From the NCBI GenBank assembly GCA_016183565.1, contig JACPEJ010000001.1:422479-486478 (forward strand): 64,000 bases of DNA, read 5' to 3'. Below are positions 48,975-57,647 of the stretch, one piece after another. The DNA comes from Candidatus Blackburnbacteria bacterium (lineage in GTDB: Bacteria > Patescibacteriota > Microgenomatia > UBA8517 > UBA10165). The notes beneath the pieces were generated by a model, which was given only the letters and a program-made list of their open reading frames with translations, did not search any database and was not told the DNA's origin. The number at the start of each line of letters is the position of its first letter. Within the stretch, counting starts at the first letter, position 1. The translations under genes and the position numbers were made by a program.

Positions 48975-50279
48975 ATGGCTAGATCTAGAGTTGTTGCCGG
49001 AATTGATATAGGTTCTTCGAGAGTGGCAAGTCTTATTGCTCAGTATGATGATGTGGAGAACAAAATTAGTGTGTCTGGTGTAGGAACGGTCGCTTCACGA
49101 GGTATTAGAAAGGGACAAATTGTTGATATTGATGAGGCTGCTTCGGCGATAATAGAGTCTGTTGAACAGGCCGAGAGGATGGCTGGCTATTCTCTTGAAC
49201 GGGCATATGTAGCTATTAACGGTGGACATATTGATTCTCGAAATTCCAATGGTGTGGTTGCTGTTGCGGATCCTTCTGGGGAGATTTCTAGAACAGATGT
49301 AGATAGGGTTATTGATGCTGCTAGGGCTGTCTCTTTGCCGGAAGTGCGGGAGATTCTTCATGTTATTCCAAAAGAGTATAGGGTGGATAGTGAAACTCAG
49401 ATTAAAAATCCAGAGGGAATGAGTGGGGTAAGGCTTGAGGTTGAGACGCACCTTATTACCGGGTCTTCAATAGCAGTTAAAAACATTCAGAAAAGTGTTT
49501 CGGAGGTTGGGGTGGATGTGAGTGGTGTTGTTTTTACTGGGCTTGCTTCGGCTCATGCTGTTTTGACCGATACTGAGCGAGAGCTGGGAGTGGTTTTGGT
49601 TGACATTGGGGCTGGGACAACCTCTATTGTTGTTTATGTTGAGGGATCGCTTACTCACTCATTTGTGTTGCCGATAGGAGGTAAGAATGTAACTAATGAC
49701 ATTGCGGCGGGTTTGCGAGTTTCTTTGGATGAGGCGGAGAAGGTAAAGATTAGATTAGGGGAAAGGGGAACCCTTCGGCTTCGCTCAGGGCGAGAGGGGA
49801 AAGCGGAAAGGGGAAAAGATGAAGATGAAGAGCTTGAGTTTGGTAATTTAAACGATGACTTTTCGCAAAGGAAGGTGTCGGAGAAGACTTTAGTTGAGGG
49901 GATCATAAAACCTAGGCTTAATGAGATATTTACGATGGTTGGTATGAATTTAAGTGAGATGGGGGTTTTGGGAAAAACTCCGTCGGGTGTTGTTTTGACT
50001 GGTGGTGGGGCGCTTTGTATTGGGACGCCGGAGGCGGCGCGGCGGATGTTGTCTTTGCCTATGAGGGTTGGGAGTCCTACTGGGGTTGGGGGATTGGTTG
50101 AGGAGATAAGCACTCCAGCTTTTGCGGCAAGTGTTGGGCTTCTTATTTATGCAACTCAGGAGGGGGGTATTCCTGAGAGTAAATGGTCTCCTTCGGGGTT
50201 TATATCTAAGGTTCGCATCGGGGTTCCGAAGGGATTGGCAGGTCGTGCTTCAGATTTGATTAGGAAGATTTTGCCTTGA
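48975..50279 (+). CDS. ftsA: Cell division protein FtsA
   Basis: 'GIDIGSS', 'GIRKG', 'GMSGVRLE', 'DIGAGTT', 'VLTGGG'. Confidence 0.95.
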   Translation: MARSRVVAGIDIGSSRVASLIAQYDDVENKISVSGVGTVASRGIRKGQIVDIDEAASAIIESVEQAERMAGYSLERAYVAINGGHIDSRNSNGVVAVADPSGEISRTDVDRVIDAARAVSLPEVREILHVIPKEYRVDSETQIKNPEGMSGVRLEVETHLITGSSIAVKNIQKSVSEVGVDVSGVVFTGLASAHAVLTDTERELGVVLVDIGAGTTSIVVYVEGSLTHSFVLPIGGKNVTNDIAAGLRVSLDEAEKVKIRLGERGTLRLRSGREGKAERGKDEDEELEFGNLNDDFSQRKVSEKTLVEGIIKPRLNEIFTMVGMNLSEMGVLGKTPSGVVLTGGGALCIGTPEAARRMLSLPMRVGSPTGVGGLVEEISTPAFAASVGLLIYATQEGGIPESKWSPSGFISKVRIGVPKGLAGRASDLIRKILP

Positions 50280-50290
50280 CCCTTTTTCTC

Positions 50291-50360
50291 TTGACAAAGA
50301 GCCTTGTAGTTTGTGCTATAGTGTAAGTGGAGGTTCAATTAAAGCTCTTTGAAAAGGAGG
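50291..50360 (+). promoter_or_regulatory. Extended -10 promoter, boxA-like site and SD (duplicated at 59859-59930)
   Basis: TTGACA...TGCTATAGT, GCTCTTTGAAAA, AGGAGG. Confidence 0.65.
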
Positions 50361-50366
50361 TTGAGC

Positions 50367-50810
50367 GTGGACGCGGGTGTAGCTCTCCTGGTTGTTGGTA
50401 TTCTCCTGCTTGTTGTGGGTGGGTATCAACTGTTACCTCAAGCGCCGTTCGCAGCATACAGGCTTGCTGCAGCGGAGGGGTTTCTTCTTCTACTCGTAGG
50501 TTTGGGTGTAGTGGTTCAACAAAGGAGGATGGCTGTTGTGACAAAGGAAGGCGCTACTGGTTGGCTGGTTGTTGGTGTCATCCTTGCCTTGGTGGGAGTC
50601 CTGGTGTTTATATCACAAGGAGGTGCGGTCGGTGAGTGCCAGACGTTTTTCGGCCAACTTGGGAGAGCGTTGAGTGCTGAGGTTCAACAGCGCTGCAGTA
50701 CAGCAAACCTCCTCCGGACTGTCGGCGGAGTTGTAGCTGTCGGCGGTTTCATCGTCACCCTTGTAGGCATTGTGTGGCTAGCAGCTTCCAGTTCATTAAA
50801 AAGCGCATGA
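50367..50810 (+). CDS. Small four-TM protein; in-frame fusion of homologs of 60458-60688 and 60695-60976
   Basis: SD-led GTG start; strong identity to the two ORFs at 60.4-61 kb; internal SD near 50522. Confidence 0.7.
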   Translation: MDAGVALLVVGILLLVVGGYQLLPQAPFAAYRLAAAEGFLLLLVGLGVVVQQRRMAVVTKEGATGWLVVGVILALVGVLVFISQGGAVGECQTFFGQLGRALSAEVQQRCSTANLLRTVGGVVAVGGFIVTLVGIVWLAASSSLKSA

Positions 50811-50834
50811 TGCCGATTGGGGTTTCGTGTTCTT

Positions 50835-50903
50835 AAGGCCACTGATTCCGGTAATGTATTTGCCAATTGGCAAGTGCTCAAAGGTCAGTGGCCTTCTCTC
50901 TTT
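50835..50903 (+). terminator. Long-stem terminator-like hairpin (paralog at 61003-61070)
   Basis: AAGGCCACTGA/TCAGTGGCCTT plus pyrimidine tail. Confidence 0.65.
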
Positions 50904-50987
50904 GCTTTAATCTTTTACGCTTGCAAGGGGACGCCTTATAAGGCTGGGGATATGGAGGAAGTGATTTTGTTTGTTTGACGATCAGCC

Positions 50988-51335
50988 CTAAGTACGATTT
51001 ATCAAGCCAATTATAAGTATGAGGCTGGTGTAAATTACATATACCCAAAAGCTGAATTTCAAAAAGCTCCAGACAGCAGAAGCCTTTTTATTGATTAATC
51101 TTCTTATTAGGGTGAGAAGTATTGGAAGAGGTAGTAGAGCCAAGGCGAATGCCAAGCCTGCTTGGTATGGTTCCACTCCCACAGGAAACGCAAGACCTGC
51201 GATTATGGCCAGTGATAAATACGAAGCAATGATCAGGAGTAAGAAGAGTGCTAAGTTAATCAAGAATCTTACGAAGTTGTCGCTTAGCGTTGTGTTCATT
51301 TTTGTCAAGGGTATGGTATTTCCTAATATTATCAT
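50988..51335 (-). CDS. Three-TM hypothetical membrane protein
   Basis: Three hydrophobic segments. Confidence 0.55.
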   Translation of the reverse strand: MIILGNTIPLTKMNTTLSDNFVRFLINLALFLLLIIASYLSLAIIAGLAFPVGVEPYQAGLAFALALLPLPILLTLIRRLINKKASAVWSFLKFSFWVYVIYTSLILIIGLINRT

Positions 51336-51381
51336 GTTCTCGAAAGTATTGCAGAAAAAGTCGGATTGAAAAGAAGAATAC

Positions 51382-51635
51382 TTGACACAGAGTTACGTCA
51401 TCGCGTAAAACGAATCAGAATTTGTTTTCAACTGCGTATAAAATGTGTCGAGTGTTGGCGTGTTTGAGTGGCTACCTGTCTCGACTGGCCTGTCTCGTTT
51501 GGTGCAAGCCAAGGTGGACTCCCGAGGTGCAAACCTATTCCACCTCCCAGGTGGAAGATTGTAAGAGTGAGCTTGGTGGTGGGTCGTATACCAAAGGTGT
51601 CAAGCTAATCCACCTCTAAGGTGTCCAAAAGGTGT
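51382..51635 (+). repeat. Composite REP cluster
   Basis: TTGACACAGAGTTACGTCATCGCGTAAAAC..., ACTCCCGAGGTG, CCACCTCCCAGGTGG, TACCAAAGGTGTCAAGCTAATCCACCTCTAAGGTG. Confidence 0.85.
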
Positions 51636-52168
51636 GCTTGATATACCTTCTTAAAAGCAAGTTTTGCCCGGTAGAGCCGTCCCTCTATTGCCTTCTCGCT
51701 AACACCCAAAAGCCTCGCTATTTTTTTTAGAGTGAGGTTTTCCCAATATCTGAGGTAAAGTAGTTGCTGCTTATTCGGTGGAAGCAAATTAAAGCATATT
51801 CTTACACTTGCCCTAAGTTCATCAAGTGCCAGTTTTTCCTCAAAAGATAAATCAGTCGTCCCAACTTGGGCAATTTTTTCCAAAACCGGAGCTACAACAA
51901 ACGAATTTTTGTTTACCTGACTTCTGTAATAATCAGCAGTTTTGTTTAATGCAATCCGGCACAACCAAGTAAAATAGCTGCTTTTATTTTTAAATGTATG
52001 CCAACCATGCCATGCCGAGGCCACAGTTTCTGCGAATACTTCCTCAGCAGCTGAGTAATCACCACCCATTTTTTTAAGCAAGAATTTCATTAACGGCAAA
52101 GCAAATTTTCTATACGCTGCTTCAAAATTTTCGTTCTCAAAAGTTTTGATCCGTGGGGTTTTGCTCAT
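51605..52168 (-). CDS. ECF-type RNA polymerase sigma-70 factor
   Basis: Region 2 'AEEVFAET...YFTWLCRIALN...DYYR'; region 4 'LTLKKIARLLGVSEKAIEGRLYRAK'. Confidence 0.88.
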   Translation of the reverse strand: MSKTPRIKTFENENFEAAYRKFALPLMKFLLKKMGGDYSAAEEVFAETVASAWHGWHTFKNKSSYFTWLCRIALNKTADYYRSQVNKNSFVVAPVLEKIAQVGTTDLSFEEKLALDELRASVRICFNLLPPNKQQLLYLRYWENLTLKKIARLLGVSEKAIEGRLYRAKLAFKKVYQAHLLDTLEVD

Positions 52169-52208
52169 GTACACGACTAATAAAATAATGACAGACAACA
52201 AGTAGTAT

Positions 52209-52655
52209 ATGGTCATTTTAAGAAAAATTGCAATTACAAGTTCGGATACAGTCCCTGAATTTATTGACATAACAAATCGTGTTGAGGAAGAGGTGGGCAA
52301 AAGTGGCATAAAGATTGGGCAGGCTCTAATTTTTTCTCAGCATACGACTGCAGCAATTGTTATTCAAGAGCCAGAGCCAGGTGTACAAAAAGACTTGCAG
52401 GAATTACTTTCTAAAATAGCTCCTAAAAATGGGGACTATAAACATACGTTTGCTCCAGATCATATAAAAGACGGAATGCCAAATGCACACTCTCACTGCC
52501 AACATGCCTTACTTGGCGCATCGCAAACAATACCGATTGTTGATGGACAACTAATGCTTGGTCAGTACCAGAGGATATTTTTGGTAGAACTTGACCGCTC
52601 GCGGGTAAGATTTGTAATCATTCAGATCTTGGGAGATATGAAGCAGTCTTCTTAA
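52209..52655 (+). CDS. yjbQ: YjbQ family protein (secondary thiamine-phosphate synthase, UPF0047)
   Basis: 'FIDIT', 'HTTAAI', 'NAHSH', 'LGQYQRIFLVELD'. Confidence 0.9.
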   Translation: MVILRKIAITSSDTVPEFIDITNRVEEEVGKSGIKIGQALIFSQHTTAAIVIQEPEPGVQKDLQELLSKIAPKNGDYKHTFAPDHIKDGMPNAHSHCQHALLGASQTIPIVDGQLMLGQYQRIFLVELDRSRVRFVIIQILGDMKQSS

Positions 52656-52668
52656 CAGACACAGCTAG

Positions 52669-52705
52669 ACATAGCCTCGCAAGGTCTCACCTTGCGAGGC
52701 TATGT
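52669..52705. repeat. Perfect hairpin, CAAGG-N5-CCTTG REP family
   Basis: ACATAGCCTCGCAAGG-TCTCA-CCTTGCGAGGCTATGT; partial copy at 57580-57603. Confidence 0.8.
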
Positions 52706-52788
52706 GTATTAGTGTGTATTACAGTGTTAAATAGAATCACTCGGTCTTGACAGAGGGGTGGGGGTTGAATTGAATATTTGCGCTTCAA

Positions 52789-53014
52789 TGATATACTTCT
52801 ATCAGAAGACAGACGGGCTGTCTTTGAGTACTTTAACGTTAGTAGGAAGGGGGTGATGCCCAAAAGAGAGTTTGCCTCTTTTCCCTGCATTGGGCAGGAA
52901 GTGGTTGTGTTTGGTCTGAAAGATCCAGAGCTTGGAGAGAAGTCGACAGACTGGGCACAGCCAGAGGCCTTGGGTTAATAACCCTGTTCAACCTAGACTC
53001 AAGGAGTTAGGGAA
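52789..53014 (+). ncRNA. Candidate structured leader RNA, copy 1 (including promoter)
   Basis: TGaTATACT, 5' hairpin, boxA-like GTACTTTAAC, CCTGCATTGGGCAGGAA, 17-bp GU-rich stem, SD-sequestering stem. Confidence 0.65.
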
Positions 53015-53293
53015 ATGTCTGACAGGGACAGTGATCGCTCGAGTGATCGGGACCGTGGTGGTGACCGGGACAGGGACCGTGGCCAGGAGAGAAGTGGAGA
53101 TATCTACGTGTCCGATATTACCGGTAACGCTGGTAACCAGGAAGGCACAACGTCATTTCGCGACGACGGGTCTTCCCACACCAGCGTACACGGAACAGGT
53201 GACAACTCCGGCTGGCATACCTCGTGGGGTACGTCGGATCGCCACAGCGACAGGCACCACACCAAGGACCACCAAGCCGACCGATACCTATAG
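53015..53293 (+). CDS. Asp/Arg/Gly/Ser-rich peptide P1 (candidate toxin/effector)
   Basis: SD AAGGAG; homologous to P2, P4 and P5 (DR repeats, GDxYxSD, HTSW). Confidence 0.75.
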   Translation: MSDRDSDRSSDRDRGGDRDRDRGQERSGDIYVSDITGNAGNQEGTTSFRDDGSSHTSVHGTGDNSGWHTSWGTSDRHSDRHHTKDHQADRYL

Positions 53294-53321
53294 GTAGGTA
53301 GCTAGACCTGCAGATCCCAGA

Positions 53322-53365
53322 GGGAAGGAGAGCGTAACGCACCATCATTACAACCTCTCCTTCCC
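53322..53365 (+). terminator. 3' hairpin of P1
   Basis: GGGAAGGAGAG/CTCTCCTTCCC. Confidence 0.55.
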
Positions 53366-53382
53366 CGACTTAATTTATTCTT

Positions 53383-53769
53383 ATGAAGTCAACCAGCACA
53401 AGAACACCTCTTGAAAATTTTTATTGGAAATACTTAAGAAGCGCTCTAAGGGATTCGAAAACCTTTTCATCTGAAGATGTCACTAAAATATTTTTGAGAG
53501 CCCTTAAAGACTATTTTGTTGGCAAAGCTGAACTTAAAGACGTTAGTATGATAGCAACACAACTATATTACGAAATCCGTGACCCCTTGAGCTTCGGTTA
53601 TCACCACCGTGAATTGGGCAATGCTCTAGAAACCGCAACAGAAATTGATTATGTGTACGGGCATATAAATGAAAGTGAAAAAGCCAGAGAGGAATATGAG
53701 GAGCAACTTGCAAGCTTGAGGGAATTTTATTCTAAGTACAAACACTTAATTGAAAAGGTTGGTAAGTAG
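53383..53769 (+). CDS. Helical immunity-like partner protein I1
   Basis: Paralog of 58284-58664 and 59223-59624 ('IFLRALKDYF.G', 'LGNALE...EIDY'). Confidence 0.75.
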   Translation: MKSTSTRTPLENFYWKYLRSALRDSKTFSSEDVTKIFLRALKDYFVGKAELKDVSMIATQLYYEIRDPLSFGYHHRELGNALETATEIDYVYGHINESEKAREEYEEQLASLREFYSKYKHLIEKVGK

Positions 53770-53807
53770 AGGCATTAGCGGAAAGTAAGCAATTACCTTT
53801 TTCTTGC

Positions 53808-53956
53808 TTGATACAAAGTTACGTCATCGCGTAAAACAAATCAGAATTTGTTTTCAACTGCGTATAAAACTGTGTCAAGTGTTGGTGTGTTCGAGCGACC
53901 ACTCCCGAGGTGCCAACTTAATCCACCTCTAAGGTGTCCAGAAAAGGTGTCCAGAA
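53808..53956 (+). repeat. Composite REP cluster
   Basis: Near-identical to 51382-51470, then ACTCCCGAGGTG and CCACCTCTAAGGTG, with a 13-bp tandem duplication. Confidence 0.85.
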
Positions 53957-53984
53957 ATATCGAATTACTTGGCCTTGACAGAAA

Positions 53985-54186
53985 TGATATACTTCTTTTA
54001 GAAGGCAGATGATCTGTCTTTGGGCACCTTGACGTTAGTCGGAAGGAGGTGGTACCCAAGAGAGATAGTGTCTCTTTTTCCTGCATTGGGCAGGAACTGG
54101 CTAGGTTTTAGGTTGAGGTCGACAACTTAGGGCTTAGTTGGTAATCCTAGGGTTAACAACCCTACTTGCCCCTTACGAGGTAGATA
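53985..54186 (+). ncRNA. Candidate structured leader RNA, copy 2
   Basis: Same architecture; 20-bp GU-rich stem with AGGUCGA loop. Confidence 0.65.
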
Positions 54187-54495
54187 ATGCCTGATCGGGA
54201 TCGCTCCAGCGACCGCGGTGGTCGGGATTCTGACAGTGGGAGCCGTAGCGGCGATGTCTACTCCTCTGATTTTGCCGATCGTGGTGACTACGAGAGGCAG
54301 GATGGTGGAGTGAGTTTCAGCCGAGATGGTTCGTCAACCCACAACACCGCTGCGGCCAGCAATCCCAGCGAAGACGACAAGGGTGGCCGCTTTAGCTGGG
54401 ACACCGACAGGTACGGTAGAGTTTCCGACCCACACTTTACCGACCAGAACGCAGGGCGGCACGACCGAGACCGCCATCCATTCGGGGATAGGTAG
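54187..54495 (+). CDS. Asp/Arg/Gly/Ser-rich peptide P2
   Basis: GAGG SD; 'GDVYSSDF', 'RFSWD'. Confidence 0.75.
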   Translation: MPDRDRSSDRGGRDSDSGSRSGDVYSSDFADRGDYERQDGGVSFSRDGSSTHNTAAASNPSEDDKGGRFSWDTDRYGRVSDPHFTDQNAGRHDRDRHPFGDR

Positions 54496-54531
54496 GTCAA
54501 GATCGCGCCGGATTACACTGTGTGATGGCTT

Positions 54532-54597
54532 GGGGGAGATTGGGATGTCCAATGTGGCCGTCGTACCGCCAAACGACACAAAAACCCAGTCTCCCCC
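54532..54597 (+). terminator. 3' hairpin of P2
   Basis: GGGGGAGATTGGG/CCCAGTCTCCCCC. Confidence 0.55.
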
Positions 54598-54619
54598 TTC
54601 CACCAAAGATCACTTAGTT

Positions 54620-54633
54620 CACCTCTAAGGTGT
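54620..54633 (+). repeat. REP core
   Basis: CACCTCTAAGGTG. Confidence 0.7.
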
Positions 54634-54638
54634 CTGAA

Positions 54639-55457
54639 TTAACTCCAAACAACATATCCGTGTGTGATTTTTACTTTATAGACTATGTCTTTAATTTGTT
54701 TTGTTAAAAATTCATATTCTAAATAATCATGACTTTTGCCTTCAATTTCCATGAAGGCGTATCCAACTCTTTTATTATTTTGTAAATATTGCTTGAGTTC
54801 ATCGGAGGAATAAACAGGATCGTTTTTATGTTGGATGTAAAGAGTATAAATGTTATATTTTTGGATCCAGTCATCCACAGCAAAATCATTTTTCCTTACC
54901 CCTCTAATTGGAGTTCCGACAAAAATACATTTGTCTGGTTTGATAGCCCCTTCAAATACTCCCCTCATAGTCAGTAAAGTGCCAGCAGACTTTGCAAAAA
55001 TAATATAGTTTTTCCTGTCTTTTACAAACTCGCTCAATTTATTTAATTCATAATCAAAATCTATTATCTCTTTTCCAGTTTCCCAATGTTTATAATAGTG
55101 AACATAAGTGTCTGGAAAAACTGGTTTTACTTTCTTTTCTATTTTCTCTATCCAACTTTTATTTTTTAGACTATTTCCTCCAAGTAAAATTATTGAAAAT
55201 CTCTTGTCTGGATATTTTGCCTTTTCGTATTTTTTGATAATTCTTTCTACATAATCTGTCTCAGGAACATTTGGAAACTTATCAACTATCTCAAGAGGCA
55301 TAAGATAACGATAATATTTATCACCTTCGTCAATAATAAGTCCCCACCCCCTACCAAAAACATTTACTTTCTTTCTAATTTGCAAAGCCCATTCATAAAC
55401 CTTTTTAAGAGGAACTCTTTTTAATTTTCCAATTTGACCAACTGTTAAAAGTTTCAT
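54639..55457 (-). CDS. Alpha/beta hydrolase-fold protein with extra N-terminal domain
   Basis: 'AKSAG' nucleophile elbow, 'NDP', 'SHDY'; very AT-rich. Confidence 0.65.
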   Translation of the reverse strand: MKLLTVGQIGKLKRVPLKKVYEWALQIRKKVNVFGRGWGLIIDEGDKYYRYLMPLEIVDKFPNVPETDYVERIIKKYEKAKYPDKRFSIILLGGNSLKNKSWIEKIEKKVKPVFPDTYVHYYKHWETGKEIIDFDYELNKLSEFVKDRKNYIIFAKSAGTLLTMRGVFEGAIKPDKCIFVGTPIRGVRKNDFAVDDWIQKYNIYTLYIQHKNDPVYSSDELKQYLQNNKRVGYAFMEIEGKSHDYLEYEFLTKQIKDIVYKVKITHGYVVWS

Positions 55458-55551
55458 ATCGTCAAATAGGCAGGCGTCGGACTTGGACCGCCACTTTAAG
55501 AAAGGCTCTTTTTCACCTGCCTATTTGCATTTTAATACAAATTCACAAGTA

Positions 55552-55600
55552 TGCCAACCTAATCCACCTCTAAGGTGTCTAGACCTCTAAGGTGTCTAGA
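55552..55600 (+). repeat. REP with 17-bp tandem duplication
   Basis: ACCTCTAAGGTGTCTAG occurs twice. Confidence 0.8.
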
Positions 55601-55605
55601 TAATA

Positions 55606-55845
55606 TGATATACTTCATTAGAGGCAAAAGACTCGCCTCTAGATAGCACTTTGACGTTGATTGGAAGGAGGTGATACCCAAGAGAAGATACTGTCTCTTT
55701 TTCCTGCATTGGGCAGGAACTGGCTAGGTTTTAAGTTGAGGTCGACAGCCTAGGGCTTAGTCGGAAGTTTTCGGGTTAACCGACCCTGTGACATTCTAAC
55801 CAACTTGCTTGGTTAGGCCTGTCGAGTGTCCCGTAAGGAGGACTA
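55606..55845 (+). ncRNA. Candidate structured leader RNA, copy 3
   Basis: Same architecture; strong SD TAAGGAGG. Confidence 0.65.
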
Positions 55846-56064
55846 ATGGGACCACAAAAAGGCGGAGGTGAAGGTCGTACCGATTACATAGACGCTGGTG
55901 GGTACGTTCACGAAAGCCCGTCGGAAGCAATTTCGGCAAGCCTGGGATTCGAGTCGGTCTCCGGTACAGGAGCGGGTTGTAGCCAGAGCCCCGACAACGT
56001 TTCTGACGACGGCGACAGCGCTTCTGACAACGGCTCCAGCGACAGCGACGGCAACGACGAGTAG
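55846..56064 (+). CDS. Acidic Gly/Ser/Asp-rich peptide P3 (not homologous to P1, P2, P4)
   Basis: Strong SD, GC-rich codons, 3' hairpin at 56078-56129. Confidence 0.65.
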   Translation: MGPQKGGGEGRTDYIDAGGYVHESPSEAISASLGFESVSGTGAGCSQSPDNVSDDGDSASDNGSSDSDGNDE

Positions 56065-56161
56065 TCTCGCATGGGATGGAGAAAAGGTGGGTCGCCCAAC
56101 CCCTCAAAGCGCAAGCTTACCTTTTCTCCTTTCTTCTTTTTGGGGTAAAATAAGCACAATA

Positions 56162-57373
56162 ATGTCGCCAAAAATTCTACAATCAATTTATTTGAAATAT
56201 CTCCCGCGCTATACATCCGAAGTAAAATCGTTTCAACCTGACAGGCTCCGAAGTTTGATTAAAAAGGCTGCAAAAGATGCTAGAGAAAACTACAAAAAAT
56301 TATCCCAGCCCAAGGCATGCTCTATTGGCCTCTATACCGAAATCTGGGTCGGACAAGAAGTTCGAAAAGACTTAGCAGTTAAAACTCTCAAAAAAATTTC
56401 CGTCGACAATCCTCCGCCAGAATTCAAAGCACAAATAAATTACTTTGCTATCATGCCGCATGAACGGCACGGTGAGCTTAGAAAGAAATTATATGATTCA
56501 CCAATAAACAAACGAGGAGATATTTGGGACAGCTTTAAACTTCCCTTGGATGAAATAGAAAAGCGATTTATACAAATGACAATCTCGCGTAATGAATTTG
56601 CAAAAAGAAAAGGTTATAGATCTTATATTGACATACTTTTAGACAGTCACAAAATACCCCAATCGGATTACAAGAAACTTATTGAGAAATCTGACAAGCT
56701 TATCGGATATTGCAACAGTCAACTACCCAAAATTGGCAAATTGCCAACTTGGTTTTATTCCAAATTTAATATACCTTGTTTTATGTGTCAATTGCCTGTG
56801 TTCCCGTTCAAGACATTGGATGAAACATTCAGCTACTGCGCCAAGAAACATAACGTCTTAGACAAATTCAAATACAAAATAAAGGTTAAGTTGGACGATG
56901 ACTCGAGGATGCTCTATAGAAAGGAAACTGATAGTTTTGAAATAGCCATCAATAAAAATAACAATATTCGTCACCAATCAATTGAGCTTATACACGAACT
57001 TGCCCATGTAATAAATTATCTTCGTGATTTTAAAAAAGAAATTGACCCCCTTGTAGGAGGAGCACGCCTGCACGAAAAAGAAGCATTAGCTGTTGAGCTT
57101 TCTATATTAAAGGAACTATCACCAGAGTTGTTTTATACACACTTTACCGATGCTCTCCTTACTATTCGCCGAACCTTGTTTGAAATTGAACTCTATACTA
57201 ACCCAAAACAAAATTTAAGCAAACTCTACGCCGAAACACTTAATCGTTGTTTTAAAAAAGCAAATCAAAAGGAAAACCCAACCTATTTACTCGACGAGCG
57301 TATTGTGTTGCGCCCTCTCTCCACCTTGCCTCACGCAGTTGCCTATGCAACGTATCTTGACAAAAAGATTTAA
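56162..57373 (+). CDS. HExxH zinc metallopeptidase, M3/oligoendopeptidase-like
   Basis: 'RNEFAKRKGYRSY', 'LIHELAH', downstream 'EKEA', 'RRTLFEIELY'; TAAAAT box shortly before the ATG. Confidence 0.6.
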   Translation: MSPKILQSIYLKYLPRYTSEVKSFQPDRLRSLIKKAAKDARENYKKLSQPKACSIGLYTEIWVGQEVRKDLAVKTLKKISVDNPPPEFKAQINYFAIMPHERHGELRKKLYDSPINKRGDIWDSFKLPLDEIEKRFIQMTISRNEFAKRKGYRSYIDILLDSHKIPQSDYKKLIEKSDKLIGYCNSQLPKIGKLPTWFYSKFNIPCFMCQLPVFPFKTLDETFSYCAKKHNVLDKFKYKIKVKLDDDSRMLYRKETDSFEIAINKNNNIRHQSIELIHELAHVINYLRDFKKEIDPLVGGARLHEKEALAVELSILKELSPELFYTHFTDALLTIRRTLFEIELYTNPKQNLSKLYAETLNRCFKKANQKENPTYLLDERIVLRPLSTLPHAVAYATYLDKKI

Positions 57374-57430
57374 TACATCTAGAGGATTATACCATTTTGG
57401 CTATTGTCTAGGCTAATCATGAAGTCGAAT

Positions 57431-57603
57431 TTGACACAAAGTTATGCGATGACATAGAACTGTGTCAAGTGTTGGCGTGTTCGAGCGGCCACTCCCGAGG
57501 TGCAAACGTATTCCACCTCCCAGGTGGAAGATTCACAGGTGGAAGATTTTAACAAGTGGTCGTTAAGCTCTTTACGCTTGCAAGGTCTCACCTTGCGAGG
57601 CTA
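57431..57603 (+). repeat. Composite REP cluster
   Basis: TTGACACA...TGTGTCAA hairpin, GCGGCCACTCCCGAGGTG, CCACCTCCCAGGTGG, CAAGGTCTCACCTTG. Confidence 0.85.
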
Positions 57604-57647
57604 GTTCCTACTTGGTTTCTACTTCTCAAAAAGTGTTTGCACTCCGA

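Noticed and set aside
744-50113. Numerous short minus-strand and alternative-frame ORFs within the long + strand genes
   Set aside because: Fully nested in well-supported genes and lacking recognisable motifs
52169-52309. N-terminal TM extension of the sigma factor ORF
   Set aside because: Overlaps yjbQ on the opposite strand; ATG 52168 gives a normal-sized ECF sigma factor
52778-52978. 66-aa ORF or leader peptide after the GGAAGGAGGTG SD-like motif
   Set aside because: The ATG is present only in copy 1 (ATA or GTA in the others) and the frame is broken by indels in the other copies; conservation is at the RNA-structure level
52803-53014. Known riboswitch or hammerhead/HDV ribozyme in the leader
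   Set aside because: I could not find the CUGANGA/GAAA core or a convincing consensus of any known riboswitch by eye; needs cmscan
52932-53297. Alternative-frame ORFs over the peptides (52932, 54326, 58926, and the 5' extension 55898-56161)
   Set aside because: Shadow frames of GC-rich genes; no SD, and conserved motifs appear only in the DR-rich frame
57431-57468. Integron attC sites
   Set aside because: The order is GTT...AAC rather than RYYYAAC...GTTRRRY, there is no intI in the window, and several cassettes carry their own promoters
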